Below, one piece after another: positions 63,974 to 64,000 of a DNA stretch of 64,000 bases. The notes under the pieces are model-generated. The model was not told the origin of the DNA, did not search any database, and saw nothing but the letters and a program-made list of their open reading frames with translations. The position numbers were made by a program, and so were the translations under genes. The first letter of the stretch is position 1. Each line of letters begins with the position of its first letter. Source of the DNA: a virus; the IMG/VR virus record IMGVR_UViG_3300021225_000287, positions 3,826 to 67,825 of that record; one strand, 5' to 3'.

Positions 63974-64000
63974 AACATCTGTTATCAAGCCACTCCTTGG

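Noticed and set aside
1-64000. tRNA genes, integrase, stop-codon reassignment
   Set aside because: No cloverleaf or recombinase motifs seen by eye. Genes are full length and tightly packed under the standard code.

Overview
This window is most of a tailed dsDNA phage genome, probably podovirus-like and probably infecting a Gram-negative proteobacterium (sigma70-type promoters, IHF-like sites, RfaD-like gene). No RNA polymerase, integrase, tRNA or CRISPR array was seen. On the + strand, 1-18.6 kb holds many small early genes and a replication module: VRR-NUC, family A DNA polymerase, PD-(D/E)XK nucleases, SNF2 helicase, an SSB-like protein and a primase/DUF927 helicase. On the - strand, 18.7-61.3 kb holds the late genes: terminase, portal, GroES, scaffold, major capsid protein, small basic proteins, tail parts, three RCC1-repeat propeller proteins, a sugar-modification cassette, lysis genes, ejection proteins and a 2095-aa polyvalent protein. 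An AT-rich divergent control region at 61.3-62.06 kb precedes more early genes. The most striking feature is a 281-aa intein in polymerase motif B (9197-10039) with no in-frame endonuclease, but with an intact HNH-type endonuclease ORF (9235-9996) nested inside it in another reading frame. Other points of interest: a shared 'xxxGG' motif and C-terminal tag across about ten virion or late proteins; 20 near-identical RCC1 blades with variable loops; a heptose epimerase/GT9/sulfotransferase/methyltransferase cassette inside the tail module; and a candidate pseudoknotted RNA leader downstream of the capsid locus. All family assignments come from motif recognition by eye, not from database searches.
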